46,114 bases of DNA from Candidatus Sulfurovum profundilacunae. Its GTDB lineage: Bacteria; Campylobacterota; Campylobacteria; Campylobacterales; Sulfurovaceae. The position numbers and the translations under genes were made by a program. The DNA lies in the NCBI GenBank assembly GCA_047689495.1, contig JBEWPY010000001.1, positions 1-46,114 of the forward strand, given 5' to 3'. The notes under the pieces were generated by a model. The model was not told the origin of the DNA. It did not search any database and saw only the letters and a program-made list of their open reading frames with translations. Shown piece after piece: positions 28,260 to 38,718 of the stretch. Each line of letters begins with the position of its first letter. The stretch's first letter is position 1.

Positions 28260-29399
28260 TTAGAATACCTCCTTAACCTTCTCAATAATATCCGCAGGAG
28301 AGAATGGGCGACCGTTTGTCTTGGTCAATTTCTCAATGTCTTTTCTTCCCATTGCTCTTTGGATCTCTTCAAGGTACTGTCCCTGATTAAGCTCTACAGA
28401 GAGTACCTTATCAAATTTCTGTCCAAGCTCATACATTCGCTGCTCTGGACTTGGCCATAATGTGATCGGCCTGAACATACCTACTTTCACACCTTCAGCT
28501 CTAAGTACATCTACCGCTTCTTTTATCGCAAGCGATGCTGAACCGTATCCGATCAAAAGGAACTCCGCATCGTCAACCCTATACTCTTCGTTCGATTCGA
28601 TCTCATCCGTGTGCTCTTCCACTTTTCTAAAGAGTCTATCGATCAGCTTTCTACAGGTTTCAATCTCTTCAGTCGGGAAACCCATTGCATCATGGTGAAG
28701 ACCTGTATAGTGGTATCTAAACCCCTGGAACATCGGGTTAAGGACTGCCGGCTCATCCTGCGCTACGCCATAAGGCCTGTAGTCTTCAGGTGCACCGTCA
28801 AATGTTTTTCTTGGTTTGATGCCTGCTTCTACCTCTTCGGCAGTCGGGATCATCGCCTTACCGTGCATATGCCCCAGTGTCTCATCAAGCAGTACGAAAA
28901 CCGGCTGCATGAATCTGTCGGCAAGGTTGAATGCTCTGACTGTTTCAGTATAACACTCAGCAAGATTCCCCGCACATACAGTGATCGACTTATAGTCACC
29001 GTGGCTTGGGTTCTTTGCCTGAGCAACGTCTCCTTGTGCAACACGCGTAGGAAGACCGGTTGACGGACCGCCTCTCATCACGTTTACAACAACCAAAGGG
29101 ACTTCTGCCATCTGAGCGAGGCCAAGGTTCTCTGCTTTGAGAGAGATACCGGGTCCCGAAGTAGCAGTCAACGTACGTATACCGCTCATCCCTGCACCGA
29201 TTGCCGCTGCAACACCTGCGATTTCATCTTCCATCTGGATCGCTGCTCCACCAACCTGAGGAAGAAGATCAGAAATCGTATGCATTACTTCACTTGATGG
29301 CGTAATAGGATATCCACCGAAAAATCTACACCCGGCGTCTACCGCTGCGACCGCAGCAAGGTCGTTACCGGTTGAAATAATCTCTCTTAAATCAGACAT
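28260..29399 (-). CDS. oorA: 2-oxoglutarate:acceptor oxidoreductase alpha subunit
   Basis: 'GGYPITPSSE', 'QMEDEI', 'ATSGPG', 'RGGPSTGLPT'. Confidence 0.95.
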   Translation of the reverse strand: MSDLREIISTGNDLAAVAAVDAGCRFFGGYPITPSSEVMHTISDLLPQVGGAAIQMEDEIAGVAAAIGAGMSGIRTLTATSGPGISLKAENLGLAQMAEVPLVVVNVMRGGPSTGLPTRVAQGDVAQAKNPSHGDYKSITVCAGNLAECYTETVRAFNLADRFMQPVFVLLDETLGHMHGKAMIPTAEEVEAGIKPRKTFDGAPEDYRPYGVAQDEPAVLNPMFQGFRYHYTGLHHDAMGFPTEEIETCRKLIDRLFRKVEEHTDEIESNEEYRVDDAEFLLIGYGSASLAIKEAVDVLRAEGVKVGMFRPITLWPSPEQRMYELGQKFDKVLSVELNQGQYLEEIQRAMGRKDIEKLTKTNGRPFSPADIIEKVKEVF

Positions 29400-29731
29400 T
29401 AGTTAGCCTCCTTATACTCTGCTGGCAATCTGTATCCGTTATTTGAAATTGCCTCTTGTCTTGCTTTCGCTGTATCAGTAAGCTTGGCAAACTTAAATTC
29501 GCTCTTCTCTGCAACATAAATCGCAAAGTCTGGACATGAAAGTTCACACTCGTTACATCCAATACATGATTCCGGTGCAATCACCGAGATCATTGCGCCC
29601 AATGTTGAACTTGGCTCTGCTTTCATTGAAAGTACACCTGCCGGACATGCATCCACACAGATATCACATGCTTTACATCTATCTGTGTTAACCCATACCG
29701 GAGTATTCGCCGGTGCTGTCATTGCTGCCAT
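29399..29731 (-). CDS. oorD: 2-oxoglutarate:acceptor oxidoreductase delta subunit (2[4Fe-4S])
   Basis: CKACDICVDACP and CIGCNECELSCP. Confidence 0.94.
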   Translation of the reverse strand: MAAMTAPANTPVWVNTDRCKACDICVDACPAGVLSMKAEPSSTLGAMISVIAPESCIGCNECELSCPDFAIYVAEKSEFKFAKLTDTAKARQEAISNNGYRLPAEYKEAN

Positions 29732-29892
29732 TTGTGCCCCTTTAATAGTTATTTATTAAGTGAGATTTACAATTCACTATGGTTGAGAATACAACACTTT
29801 GACTAATGACAGAATAAATAACGTAGTATTATTGTCACGATAAGCCTCTTTGTTACATTTTGAAGCAAGGTAAACAGGTTTATATGACGCTT

Positions 29893-30180
29893 TTAGCTAT
29901 TCATTTTTCCAATAGCGCATGAGATGAAACTTTTTGCTTCAGTTGTCTTGCTCTCCACAAACCCCATCTCCTCGTCTACCATCGGATAACCGAGCTTTTT
30001 AAGCACTTTTTTGAGTGACGGGACCTGCTGGTCAGCGATATCCAGACTGATCTGACGGGGCTCTTTCTCAAGATCAACTTCTACTTCGCCAAATTCGTCA
30101 AAAAGTTTTTTCTTAAGCGTCGAGGCACATCCGCCGCACTTGACATTCAGGACTTCAAAGGTCTGTTTATGACTCTTCAT
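29893..30180 (-). CDS. Heavy-metal-associated (HMA) domain protein
   Basis: 'NVKCGGCASTL', 'LKKLGYP', extra C-terminal Cys 'SFISCAIG'. Confidence 0.85.
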   Translation of the reverse strand: MKSHKQTFEVLNVKCGGCASTLKKKLFDEFGEVEVDLEKEPRQISLDIADQQVPSLKKVLKKLGYPMVDEEMGFVESKTTEAKSFISCAIGKMNS

Positions 30181-30378
30181 TTTATACCTTTTCCTTTAGT
30201 GATTTGTTACACTGCATTTTAACACTTGTAACTCTTGTCATCTTTTTCTCTTTTAATGAGAGACAATTATAGTGAAAAAATGTGTAAAGTGTGTAGATTT
30301 GTTAAAATATTTACTTTTGGTTCTCTTGGATGTTGTTTTCGTTTACTTGATAGTGGAGGATTAAAGTGAAGGAGATCT

Positions 30379-30447
30379 GTAGGTCGGGATACCATTATCC
30401 CGACATCATATTTTCTAACGTGTCGGGGTGAGGGCACCCCGACCTGC
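30379..30447. repeat. Inverted pair of GTAG-type REPs (REPIN-like)
   Basis: GTAG-GTCGGGATA-CCAT-TATCCCGAC (+, 30379-30404) and GCAG-GTCGGGGTG-CCCT-CACCCCGAC (-, 30422-30447). Confidence 0.85.
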
Positions 30448-30459
30448 AAAACTTTCGTT

Positions 30460-31332
30460 CTATTTAGAAAGCACTTCGCTGACTGCTTTACCGATCTCTG
30501 CCGGAGAGACAACCACTTTAACCCCTGCTGCTTCAAGTGCATCCATCTTCTCCTTTGCCGTACCTGCACTACCGCTTACGATCGCACCGGCGTGACCCAT
30601 CCTCTTGCCTTTAGGTGCTGTCTGTCCAGCGATAAATGCTACGACAGGCTTTGTGATATTCTCTTTAATGAACTTCGCTGCCTGGATCTCAAGATCTCCA
30701 CCGATCTCACCGATCATTACGATCGCATCTGTTTCAGGATCCGCTTCGAACATTGGCAACAATTGCTTATAGCTAAGACCGATGATCGGGTCACCACCGA
30801 TACCGACTGCAGTTGAGATACCATACCCTTCTTTACATACTTGATTTGCACCTTCATAGGTCAATGTTCCTGACTTGGAGATCAGTCCGACTTTTCCTTT
30901 TTTGAAGATCATACCGGGCATGATACCGATCTTACACTCTTCAGCCGTGATGATACCGGGACAGTTCGGCCCTATCGTCTTCATCCCGTGCTTTATTGCA
31001 TACGCTTTTGCTGCCTGCATATCACGTACCGGAGCACCTTCAGTGATGATCACGGCAAGTTCGATACCGGCATCCGCTGCTTCCATTACGGCATCCGCAA
31101 CGAATGCAGGCGGGACAAATACCATAGAAACGGTTGCACCGGTTGCTTCAACTGCTTCTCTTACTGTGTTGAATACCGGCTTTCCAAGGTGCTCCTGTCC
31201 GCCTTTGTTCGGAGTGACACCACCCACGATCTGTGTACCATATGCGATACACTGTTCAGCATGGAAGGTACCTTCACCGCCTGTAAAACCCTGTACGATT
31301 ACTTTTGTCTCTTTATTTACTAGAATACTCAT
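30460..31332 (-). CDS. sucD: Succinyl-CoA synthetase alpha subunit
   Basis: 'IGPNCPG', 'SKSGTLTYE', 'RMGHAGA' phospho-His. Confidence 0.97.
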   Translation of the reverse strand: MSILVNKETKVIVQGFTGGEGTFHAEQCIAYGTQIVGGVTPNKGGQEHLGKPVFNTVREAVEATGATVSMVFVPPAFVADAVMEAADAGIELAVIITEGAPVRDMQAAKAYAIKHGMKTIGPNCPGIITAEECKIGIMPGMIFKKGKVGLISKSGTLTYEGANQVCKEGYGISTAVGIGGDPIIGLSYKQLLPMFEADPETDAIVMIGEIGGDLEIQAAKFIKENITKPVVAFIAGQTAPKGKRMGHAGAIVSGSAGTAKEKMDALEAAGVKVVVSPAEIGKAVSEVLSK

Positions 31333-31363
31333 CTCTTACTCTCCTTTTCTAAAGAAACAGCGC

Positions 31364-32536
31364 TTAGGCTTGTTTTGCCGCTGCTACTGCTTTTGCCGCA
31401 CCGTCTGCTAGGTCAGTCGCTGCGATCACGTTTTCGATATTTGCATTTTTAAGAATCTCTGCTGCTTCCGGTGCATTGGTACCGTCGAGTCTTACGATCA
31501 CCGGTACATGGACATCCGTCATTTTTGTCGCTTCAAGGATACCGTTTGCGATACGGTCACATCTTACGATACCACCGAAGATATTTACAAAGATCGCTTT
31601 TACGCTCGGGTTTTTGAGGATAATCTCAAACCCTTTTGCTACTGTTTCGGCATTTGCACTGCCGCCCACATCGAGGAAGTTTGCCGGCGTACCGCCCATA
31701 TAGTTGATCGTATCCATTGTCCCCATCGCAAGACCTGCACCATTCACCATACATCCGATCTCACCGTCCAGTGCTACGTAGCTCAGTCCATAACGGCCCG
31801 CTTCTCTCTCATCCGGATCCTCTTCAGAAATATCTCTCATATCTTCGATATCAGGATGGCGTCCGAGTGCAGAATCATCAAATCCCATTTTTCCGTCAAG
31901 CGCCAGAAAGTCACCGGCACCTGTTTTAATCAACGGGTTGATCTCGATAAGCTCTGCATCATTCTCCATATAGACTTTATAGAGTTTTGAAGCAAAATCT
32001 ATAAATTTCTTCTGCTCCTTCTTGTCTGTAATTCCAAGGCCGAATACCAATTCCCTACCATGGAATCCCTGGAAACCGATCGCCGGATCTACTGCTACTT
32101 TGATAATCTTTTCAGGAGTCTCTTCCGCCACTTTCTCAATCTCCATACCTCCTTCGGTTGAAGCCATGAGCACAGGCATCTCTTTTGCTCTGTCCAGTAC
32201 GACACCGAGATAGAGCTCATCTTTGATATCTGCTCCCTCTTCGATATACACTTTCTGTACCAGTTTACCTTCCGGACCTGTCTGGTGCGTGACAAGTGTC
32301 ATTCCCAAGATCTCATCAGCAAGTGTTCTTACTTCATCGATAGACTTCGCAAGTTTTACACCGCCGCCGAGTCCTCTCCCCCCTGCATGGATCTGTGCTT
32401 TTACTACCCAGATGTCTCCACCCAGTTCAGCTGCATTTTTAGCAGCTTCGTCCGGTGTATTTGCAATAATACCTCTAGGTGTCGGCACACCGTACTTTTG
32501 GAATATTTGTTTTGCCTGATACTCATGAATATTCAT
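31364..32536 (-). CDS. sucC: Succinyl-CoA synthetase beta subunit
   Basis: 'MNIHEYQAK', 'KAQIHAGGRG', 'NGAGLAM', 'NIFGGIVRCD'. Confidence 0.97.
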   Translation of the reverse strand: MNIHEYQAKQIFQKYGVPTPRGIIANTPDEAAKNAAELGGDIWVVKAQIHAGGRGLGGGVKLAKSIDEVRTLADEILGMTLVTHQTGPEGKLVQKVYIEEGADIKDELYLGVVLDRAKEMPVLMASTEGGMEIEKVAEETPEKIIKVAVDPAIGFQGFHGRELVFGLGITDKKEQKKFIDFASKLYKVYMENDAELIEINPLIKTGAGDFLALDGKMGFDDSALGRHPDIEDMRDISEEDPDEREAGRYGLSYVALDGEIGCMVNGAGLAMGTMDTINYMGGTPANFLDVGGSANAETVAKGFEIILKNPSVKAIFVNIFGGIVRCDRIANGILEATKMTDVHVPVIVRLDGTNAPEAAEILKNANIENVIAATDLADGAAKAVAAAKQA

Positions 32537-32679
32537 GTTATCTCCTTTAAAATTTACAAAATAATGCTTATATTATAGGCTTAATAAGGATAATATTCTA
32601 TTAATTCAATTATTAGTTTGGATGATTAGAGAAAAGTGTATGATATTTACACAGTTTCAGAGGGAAAAAAAGGAATAAA

Positions 32680-32703
32680 TCCGGATGAAAATTCTCATCC
32701 GGA
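32680..32703 (-). terminator. Intrinsic terminator after fumC
   Basis: TCCGGATGA-n6-TCATCCGGA followed on the minus strand by TTTATTCCTTTTTTT. Confidence 0.75.
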
Positions 32704-32711
32704 GTAAAGTG

Positions 32712-34109
32712 TTACGCTTTAGGCGCGATCATCTCTTCGGGCTTCACTGCAGCATCAAACTCTTCGGCAGTCATCAAACCAAGATTCACAGCCTCTTCTT
32801 TTAAGGTTGAACCGTTTGCATGTGCTGTTTTCGCGATCTTTGCCGCATTATCATACCCGATATGAGGGTTGAGCGCTGTTACCAACATCAACGAATCATT
32901 CAGGAATCTCTCTATATTCTCTTTTACAGGTTCGATACCTGCGGCACAGTTCTTGTCAAAACTGATCATCGCATCGGCCAAAAGTTTAGCAGACTGAAGA
33001 ACATTATAGGCAATCACCGGCTTAAATACATTGAGTTCAAAATTGCCCTGGCTTGCTGCAATACCTACTGTCGTATCATTCCCCATGACTTGTACCGCTA
33101 CCATTGTCATCGCTTCAGCCTGTGTTGGATTCACTTTTCCCGGCATGATCGAAGATCCGGGCTCATTGGCAGGGATTTCGATCTCGGCAAGTCCACATCT
33201 TGGACCGGAAGCCAGCCATCTGACGTCATTGGCGATCTTCATCAGGTTCGCTGCCAATGCCTTGAGTGTGCCGGAGAGTACCACCTCTGCATCATGTCCT
33301 GTCAGAGCATGGAATTTATTCGGCTGAGAGACAAAACCGTAATCTTTTGCCATAAAACTGTTGAGCTGTGCCGCTACCTTTTGTGAGAATTCAGGGTGGG
33401 AGTTAAGCCCTGTACCTACAGCTGTACCACCGATCGCCAGCTCTCTACAGTACACCAATGCATCCTTGATCTGCCTGAGGTTTGCGTCCAACATCGCCAC
33501 ATAGCCTGAAAGCTCCTGCCCCAGTGTCAAAGGTGTTGCATCCTGAAGGTGTGTCCTGCCGATCTTCACCACATCATCAAACACTTTTGCTTTGGCTTCC
33601 AGTGTCCCCTTGAGCTGCTCCAGTGCAGGGATAAGGGTATCTGTCACGGCTACTACTTCGGCGATACGCATACCGGTAGGATAGGTATCATTGGAACTTT
33701 GCCCTTTGTTGACATCATCATTGGGGTGAACAAGCTTCTCTTTGGTGAAATCTCCTCCGAGTATTTCGGTCGCTTTGTTGGCAACCACTTCGTTCATGTT
33801 CATATTGGATTGTGTTCCCGAACCCGTCTGCCAGACAACCAGCGGAAAGTTATCATCGAGTTCACCGCCGAGTACACTGTCACATGCTTTGGTGATCGCT
33901 GCTGTCTTTTTCTCTTCCAGACGTCCCAGTTCACTGTTTACCAATGCACACGCTTTTTTGAGGTTGGCAAACCCGTAGACGACTTCCAGAGGCATCTTTT
34001 CGTTTCCGATCTCAAAGTTATGTACCGAACGTTGTGTCTGCGCAGCCCAGTACTTGTCTGCAGGTACCTGCATTTCACCCATGGTATCTTTTTCTATTCT
34101 ATATTCCAT
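32712..34109 (-). CDS. fumC: Class II fumarate hydratase
   Basis: '[12 protein letters not shown]', '[10 protein letters not shown]', '[11 protein letters not shown]'. Confidence 0.97.
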   Translation of the reverse strand: MEYRIEKDTMGEMQVPADKYWAAQTQRSVHNFEIGNEKMPLEVVYGFANLKKACALVNSELGRLEEKKTAAITKACDSVLGGELDDNFPLVVWQTGSGTQSNMNMNEVVANKATEILGGDFTKEKLVHPNDDVNKGQSSNDTYPTGMRIAEVVAVTDTLIPALEQLKGTLEAKAKVFDDVVKIGRTHLQDATPLTLGQELSGYVAMLDANLRQIKDALVYCRELAIGGTAVGTGLNSHPEFSQKVAAQLNSFMAKDYGFVSQPNKFHALTGHDAEVVLSGTLKALAANLMKIANDVRWLASGPRCGLAEIEIPANEPGSSIMPGKVNPTQAEAMTMVAVQVMGNDTTVGIAASQGNFELNVFKPVIAYNVLQSAKLLADAMISFDKNCAAGIEPVKENIERFLNDSLMLVTALNPHIGYDNAAKIAKTAHANGSTLKEEAVNLGLMTAEEFDAAVKPEEMIAPKA

Positions 34110-34118
34110 ACTTGTCTC

Positions 34119-35063
34119 CTACTCAAAAAATTTATTCTCTGTCAAAATGCCAATACTTCCACGGATAGAGTCTACAGAGACCCTGAACTTCTCTTCGGTC
34201 TCCTCATCAAGTTCCATCTCGATGATCTTCTCTACCCCGTTGCGCCCAAGCAGAATCGGTACACCTACTGTCACATTACTGTATCCATACTCTCCATCCA
34301 GCAATACCGAAGAGGAGACAATAATTTGTGCATCATCCAGTATCGCTTCTACCATATATGCGACAGCACGTCCCGGACCATAGTACCCAGAGGTACCCAA
34401 ATATTTTACGATCTCCGCACCGCCATTTTTTGTACGATCAATGATTTGCTCCATCTGCTCTTTTGTCAAAAGCTCTGAAGCATTCACCGAGCCTACCTGT
34501 ACTTTTTGTGGCAGCGGGATCATATGCTGTCCGTGATCACCGATCACAAGATCACCTGTCTGTGTCATTCCATAGCCCAGTGTCCGGTAGATCTGATACG
34601 CCATTCTCGCACCATCCAGTGCACCCGCCATGCCGATGATACGGTTACGCTCCCAGCCTGTTATCCTGTGGATCACATACGTCATCACATCAAGCGGATT
34701 TGAAACACAGATAATGACCGCATCGGGAGAACTCTCTACCAGCTCATTGAGCACACTTTTCATGATCTTTGCATTGATCATCAAGAGGTCCGTCCTGCTC
34801 ATGTCACCTTTTCTGGGTACACCTGCCGTGATGACTACAATATCACACCCTTTGATATCTGCAGCCGTTTCTGCTGCGGTCACTTTCGTACTTTTAGGCG
34901 AGTAATGTGCAGCCTGCCCGATATCGATCGCTTTACCCTGTGCTATACCCTCTGCAATATCAAAAAGAATGATCTCTTCACAGCTGCCCGTCATTACCAG
35001 CGAATATGCTGCCGTCGCACCTACTGCTCCGGCCCCTATGATCCCAACCTTTCTTCCATGCAT
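34119..35063 (-). CDS. mdh: LDH-like malate dehydrogenase paralogue 2 (NAD-type fingerprint)
   Basis: 'GAGAVG', 'ILFDI', 'TAGVPRKGDMSRTDL', 'SNPLD', 'LDGAR', 'GDHG'. Confidence 0.85.
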   Translation of the reverse strand: MHGRKVGIIGAGAVGATAAYSLVMTGSCEEIILFDIAEGIAQGKAIDIGQAAHYSPKSTKVTAAETAADIKGCDIVVITAGVPRKGDMSRTDLLMINAKIMKSVLNELVESSPDAVIICVSNPLDVMTYVIHRITGWERNRIIGMAGALDGARMAYQIYRTLGYGMTQTGDLVIGDHGQHMIPLPQKVQVGSVNASELLTKEQMEQIIDRTKNGGAEIVKYLGTSGYYGPGRAVAYMVEAILDDAQIIVSSSVLLDGEYGYSNVTVGVPILLGRNGVEKIIEMELDEETEEKFRVSVDSIRGSIGILTENKFFE

Positions 35064-35066
35064 TGA

Positions 35067-36026
35067 CTATTGTTCCCCATCAAAGAATTTAAGTTCGTAA
35101 AGCTTATCCACCATCTCCTGTACCGATGCGACTGATTTGGCAAAACGCTCCTGCTGTAATGGTTTGAGAGTCATACGGATCACCTCTTCTCCACCCCCTG
35201 CTCCGATCATCACAGGCACTCCAGAAACGATACCTGAATATCCGTAATCATTTTCAAGCATAATCGCACAGGAGTGGATCTGGTTGGTATCTCTAAGGAT
35301 CGCTTCAACCATGATCGCCGCTGATTTAGCCGGGGCATAATAGGCTGAACCGTCACCAAGCAGATTGACGATCTCTGCACCGCCGGTTCTTGTCTTCTGT
35401 ACGATCTCACCGATCTGTTCTGCATCAAGCAGGTCTTCAATCGGTACCCCTGCTACTGTTGTAAACTTGGGCAGCGGTACCATCGTGTCTCCATGCCCGC
35501 CCATCACTGTCGCACGGATCTGTCCCGCACCGTACTCAAGCTTCTCATAGATGAAGTGCGCCATACGTGCCGCATCCAGGATACCGGCCATACCAAGCAC
35601 TCTTGCTCTAGAGAACCCTGTCTCTTTGAGTGCCACATAGGTCATGACATCCAACGGATTAGATACAACTATGACGATTGCCTGAGGTGCATGTTCTCTA
35701 ATTTCTTTTGAATACCTTTTAACAATAGCGGCGTTTTTTGTAAGAAGGTCATCTCTACTCATTCCAGGTGTTCTCGGAGCACCGGCTGTGATCACTACGA
35801 TATCAGAATCAACCATATCTTCAGGACCTTTCGCAGCTTTGACGATCGTATGCTGACGAGCTGCATTGGCTGCCTGGGACATATCGAGTGCTTTGCCTTG
35901 TGCCTTGCTATAGTCTCTACCTCGCAACACAATATTATGACAAGAGCCGTTCATCGCCAAAATAAATGCAACGGTTGAACCGAAGTTTCCCGTACCGACA
36001 ACTGTAACTTTTTTACCACTAGCCAT
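35067..36026 (-). CDS. mdh: LDH-like malate dehydrogenase paralogue 1 (Asp replaced by Gly-Arg)
   Basis: 'GTGNFG', 'IVLRGRD', 'TAGAPRTPGMSRDDL', 'LDAAR', 'GGHGD'. Confidence 0.9.
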   Translation of the reverse strand: MASGKKVTVVGTGNFGSTVAFILAMNGSCHNIVLRGRDYSKAQGKALDMSQAANAARQHTIVKAAKGPEDMVDSDIVVITAGAPRTPGMSRDDLLTKNAAIVKRYSKEIREHAPQAIVIVVSNPLDVMTYVALKETGFSRARVLGMAGILDAARMAHFIYEKLEYGAGQIRATVMGGHGDTMVPLPKFTTVAGVPIEDLLDAEQIGEIVQKTRTGGAEIVNLLGDGSAYYAPAKSAAIMVEAILRDTNQIHSCAIMLENDYGYSGIVSGVPVMIGAGGGEEVIRMTLKPLQQERFAKSVASVQEMVDKLYELKFFDGEQ

Positions 36027-36049
36027 TTGAATCCTTTATTTATGAGATC

Positions 36050-36322
36050 CATAGGGTGACACTCTTTAGCAAAACATAACTCATCATTTTAGGGCTTACA
36101 TGCCCGTAAGATCATCAATAATGTTTTGCAATGCTATAGGGCACATGCAAGACTAGGCAAGCTTCACCTTCGGGCATCTCTCGCTTTCCCTTATGCGTCG
36201 TTACTTACTCTTGAATTAGCTATAGCCAGTCCTGCGAGTAAGTGCCTAGCCTAAGAAAAAGCTAGAGAAGTTGTGAAAGTTGCCTAGTCTTGCGTGTGCC
36301 CTCTAAAGTCGGCTACCCTATG
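36050..36322. mobile_element. Nested MITE-like palindromic elements
   Basis: Inner element 36137-36303 with 22/23-bp inverted repeat flanked by TA on both sides; outer imperfect IR CATAGGGT..CTTTAG / CTAAAG..ACCCTATG. Confidence 0.7.
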
Positions 36323-36384
36323 TTATTGTCAGAAAACTCTGAGAAGACTAGTATACCAAAATGTTGGAATATTTTGGCAAGAGA

Positions 36385-36408
36385 CACTGCATCAAGCTTG
36401 ATGCAGTG
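36385..36408. terminator. Perfect 24-bp palindrome downstream of icd (terminator or stabiliser hairpin)
   Basis: CACTGCATCAAGCTTGATGCAGTG. Confidence 0.55.
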
Positions 36409-36434
36409 CTTATACTGTCTAAAATGGAAACAAA

Positions 36435-38609
36435 TTAGATCGCATCGATAATACTGTTCAGTGTCGCAGACGGCCTCATTGCTGCTTCAGCTTTGGCATC
36501 ATCCGGGTGGTAGTACCCACCGATATCTTTTGCTGACCCCTCAGATGCCAAGAGCTCGGAAATAATCTTCTCCTCATTCGCTTCGAGTGCTTCAGCAACC
36601 GGGGCAAACTTCGCAGCAAGCTCAGAATTTTCACTGTTCGCAAGTGCTCTAGCCCAGTACTGTGCTACGTAGTAGTGAGATGCTTTGTTATCCGGCTCTC
36701 CGCATTTTCTTGATGGTGCTTTGTTATCGTCAAGATAACCGTGGTTCGCCTTATCAAGCGCAGCAGTAACAGCCGAAAGGTTTGCATCCGGATGCTTTTG
36801 TTCAATGTATCTTAGCGACTCTGCAAGTGCCAGGAATTCACCGAGTGAATCCCATCTGAGGTGGCCTTCTTCCAGGAACTGATCTACGTGCTTAGGCGCT
36901 GAACCCCCCGCACCGGTTTCAAACAGGCCGCCGCCTGCAAGCAATGGAACGATCGAAAGCATCTTCGCTGAAGTACCAAGCTCAAGGATCGGATACATAT
37001 CAGTGAGGTGATCTCTAAGAACGTTCCCTGTAACAGCGATCGTGTTTTTACCTGCTCTAATCCTCTCGTTCGTAAATCTCGTTGCAGATGCGATATCCAT
37101 GATGTGGATTTCCAAACCATCAGTATTGAACTCCGGCAGGTATTTGTTTACTTTTGCGATCATTTGAGCATCGTGCGCTCTGTTCTCGTCCAACCAGAAC
37201 ACGACAGGGATCTGCTCGATCTGACCTCTCTCAACAGCAAGTCTGATCCAGTCTTTGATCGGGATATCTTTTGCTCTGGACATTCTCCAGATATCACCCG
37301 CTTCACACTCAAAGCTCATAAGTTCTGTACCGTCTTCAGCTGTTACAGTAACTGTACCGGCTTCACCTAGCTCAAATGTTGTTGGGTGAGAACCGTACTC
37401 TTCCGCTTTTTGAGCCATAAGTCCGATGTTCTGCATCGTACCCATCGTACTTACATCATATTGACCGTTTTTCACACAGTCAGCCACCATCTCCTGGTGG
37501 AACATTGCGTAGGTACTGTCAGGGATCACCGCCACACACTCTTCTGCATTATCGTTTCTATCCCACTGTTTACCACCTTCACGTACCACTACCGGCATAG
37601 AAGCATCGATGATCACATCGTTTGAAGCGTTGAAGTTTGTTTGGCCTTTATGAGAGTCGACCATTGCGATTTTCGGGCTGTCTGCTTCAACTACTGCCTG
37701 GAATGCCGATTTGATCTCAGCTTCCTGCACATGGCCTGCGATCTTTTTCTCAAGATCAGACATACCAAGGTTAGGATTTACACCAAGCTCTGCAAAGGTA
37801 TCTGCATACTTTTTGAACACATCTTCGAAGAAGATCTCAAATCCATGACCGAACATGATCGGGTCAGAGATCTTCATCATCGTCGCTTTAAGGTGCAGTG
37901 ACCAGATCACACCTTTTGCTTTTGCATCTTCAATCGTCTTTCTGAAGAAATCTCTCAGTGCTTTTGCTGACATAAATGTACCATCAAGTACTTCACGATC
38001 AAGTGCATCGATTGTCGCCAACTCGTTATCGTTAAGAGCGATCGTTACTTTTTGACCCTTATCCATAGTCACAGACTTCTCATTTCCGTAAAAGTCTCCA
38101 TTACCGCCCATATGTGCTACATATGCTTTTGAGTCTTCAGCATAAGGCTTCAATCTGTGCGGGTTTTTCTGAGCAAAATTTTTCACTGCTTTTGCTGCAC
38201 GTCTGTCCGAATTACCTTCTCTGAGTACCGGGTTCACCGCTGAACCCAGACATACACTGTATTTCGCCTGAATCGCTTTTTCTTCATCGTTTGCCGGGTT
38301 TTCAGGATAGTTGGGGATATCGTATCCCTGGCCCTGAAGTTCAGCAATACATTCTTTAAGCTGCCCAACTGACGCTGAAATGTTTGGCAGTTTGATAATG
38401 TTGCCCTCAGGCTGAAGTACCACTTCGCCCAGTTTAGATAGTTCATCTTCAGCTTTTCCCATTGCTGCAAGTACACGCCCGGCAAGCGAAATGTCACTTT
38501 GCTCAAGCTCTACACCACCGGCAGCACAGAATTTAGATGCCATTGGGAAAAATGAATACGTTGCCAAAGCCGGAGCTTCATCAATTTTTGACCAAATGAT
38601 TTTTGCCAT
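36435..38609 (-). CDS. icd: Monomeric isocitrate dehydrogenase (NADP-type residues)
   Basis: 'DEAPALATYS', 'IKLPNISAS', 'NPVLREGNSDRRA', 'KATMMKISDP', 'GSAPKHV...HLRWDSLGE'. Confidence 0.97.
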   Translation of the reverse strand: MAKIIWSKIDEAPALATYSFFPMASKFCAAGGVELEQSDISLAGRVLAAMGKAEDELSKLGEVVLQPEGNIIKLPNISASVGQLKECIAELQGQGYDIPNYPENPANDEEKAIQAKYSVCLGSAVNPVLREGNSDRRAAKAVKNFAQKNPHRLKPYAEDSKAYVAHMGGNGDFYGNEKSVTMDKGQKVTIALNDNELATIDALDREVLDGTFMSAKALRDFFRKTIEDAKAKGVIWSLHLKATMMKISDPIMFGHGFEIFFEDVFKKYADTFAELGVNPNLGMSDLEKKIAGHVQEAEIKSAFQAVVEADSPKIAMVDSHKGQTNFNASNDVIIDASMPVVVREGGKQWDRNDNAEECVAVIPDSTYAMFHQEMVADCVKNGQYDVSTMGTMQNIGLMAQKAEEYGSHPTTFELGEAGTVTVTAEDGTELMSFECEAGDIWRMSRAKDIPIKDWIRLAVERGQIEQIPVVFWLDENRAHDAQMIAKVNKYLPEFNTDGLEIHIMDIASATRFTNERIRAGKNTIAVTGNVLRDHLTDMYPILELGTSAKMLSIVPLLAGGGLFETGAGGSAPKHVDQFLEEGHLRWDSLGEFLALAESLRYIEQKHPDANLSAVTAALDKANHGYLDDNKAPSRKCGEPDNKASHYYVAQYWARALANSENSELAAKFAPVAEALEANEEKIISELLASEGSAKDIGGYYHPDDAKAEAAMRPSATLNSIIDAI

Positions 38610-38718
38610 AATTATTCCTTAATTTTAATTTTAATTTTAATAGAATAAGTGTAGCACTTTTTTTGTATAAGGAGAAAGAAACCCTCTGTTATCAAAAAGA
38701 TATCCTTCAAAACTGTTT

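Noticed and set aside
30267-30569. 100-aa minus-strand ORF after sucD
   Set aside because: Overlaps the sucD 3' end out of frame and reads through the REP doublet; no RBS or motif.
33549-34478. 309-aa plus-strand ORF and the many other antisense ORFs in the track
   Set aside because: They lie opposite well-supported genes (fumC, mdh, dnaE and others) and reflect codon-bias shadows.
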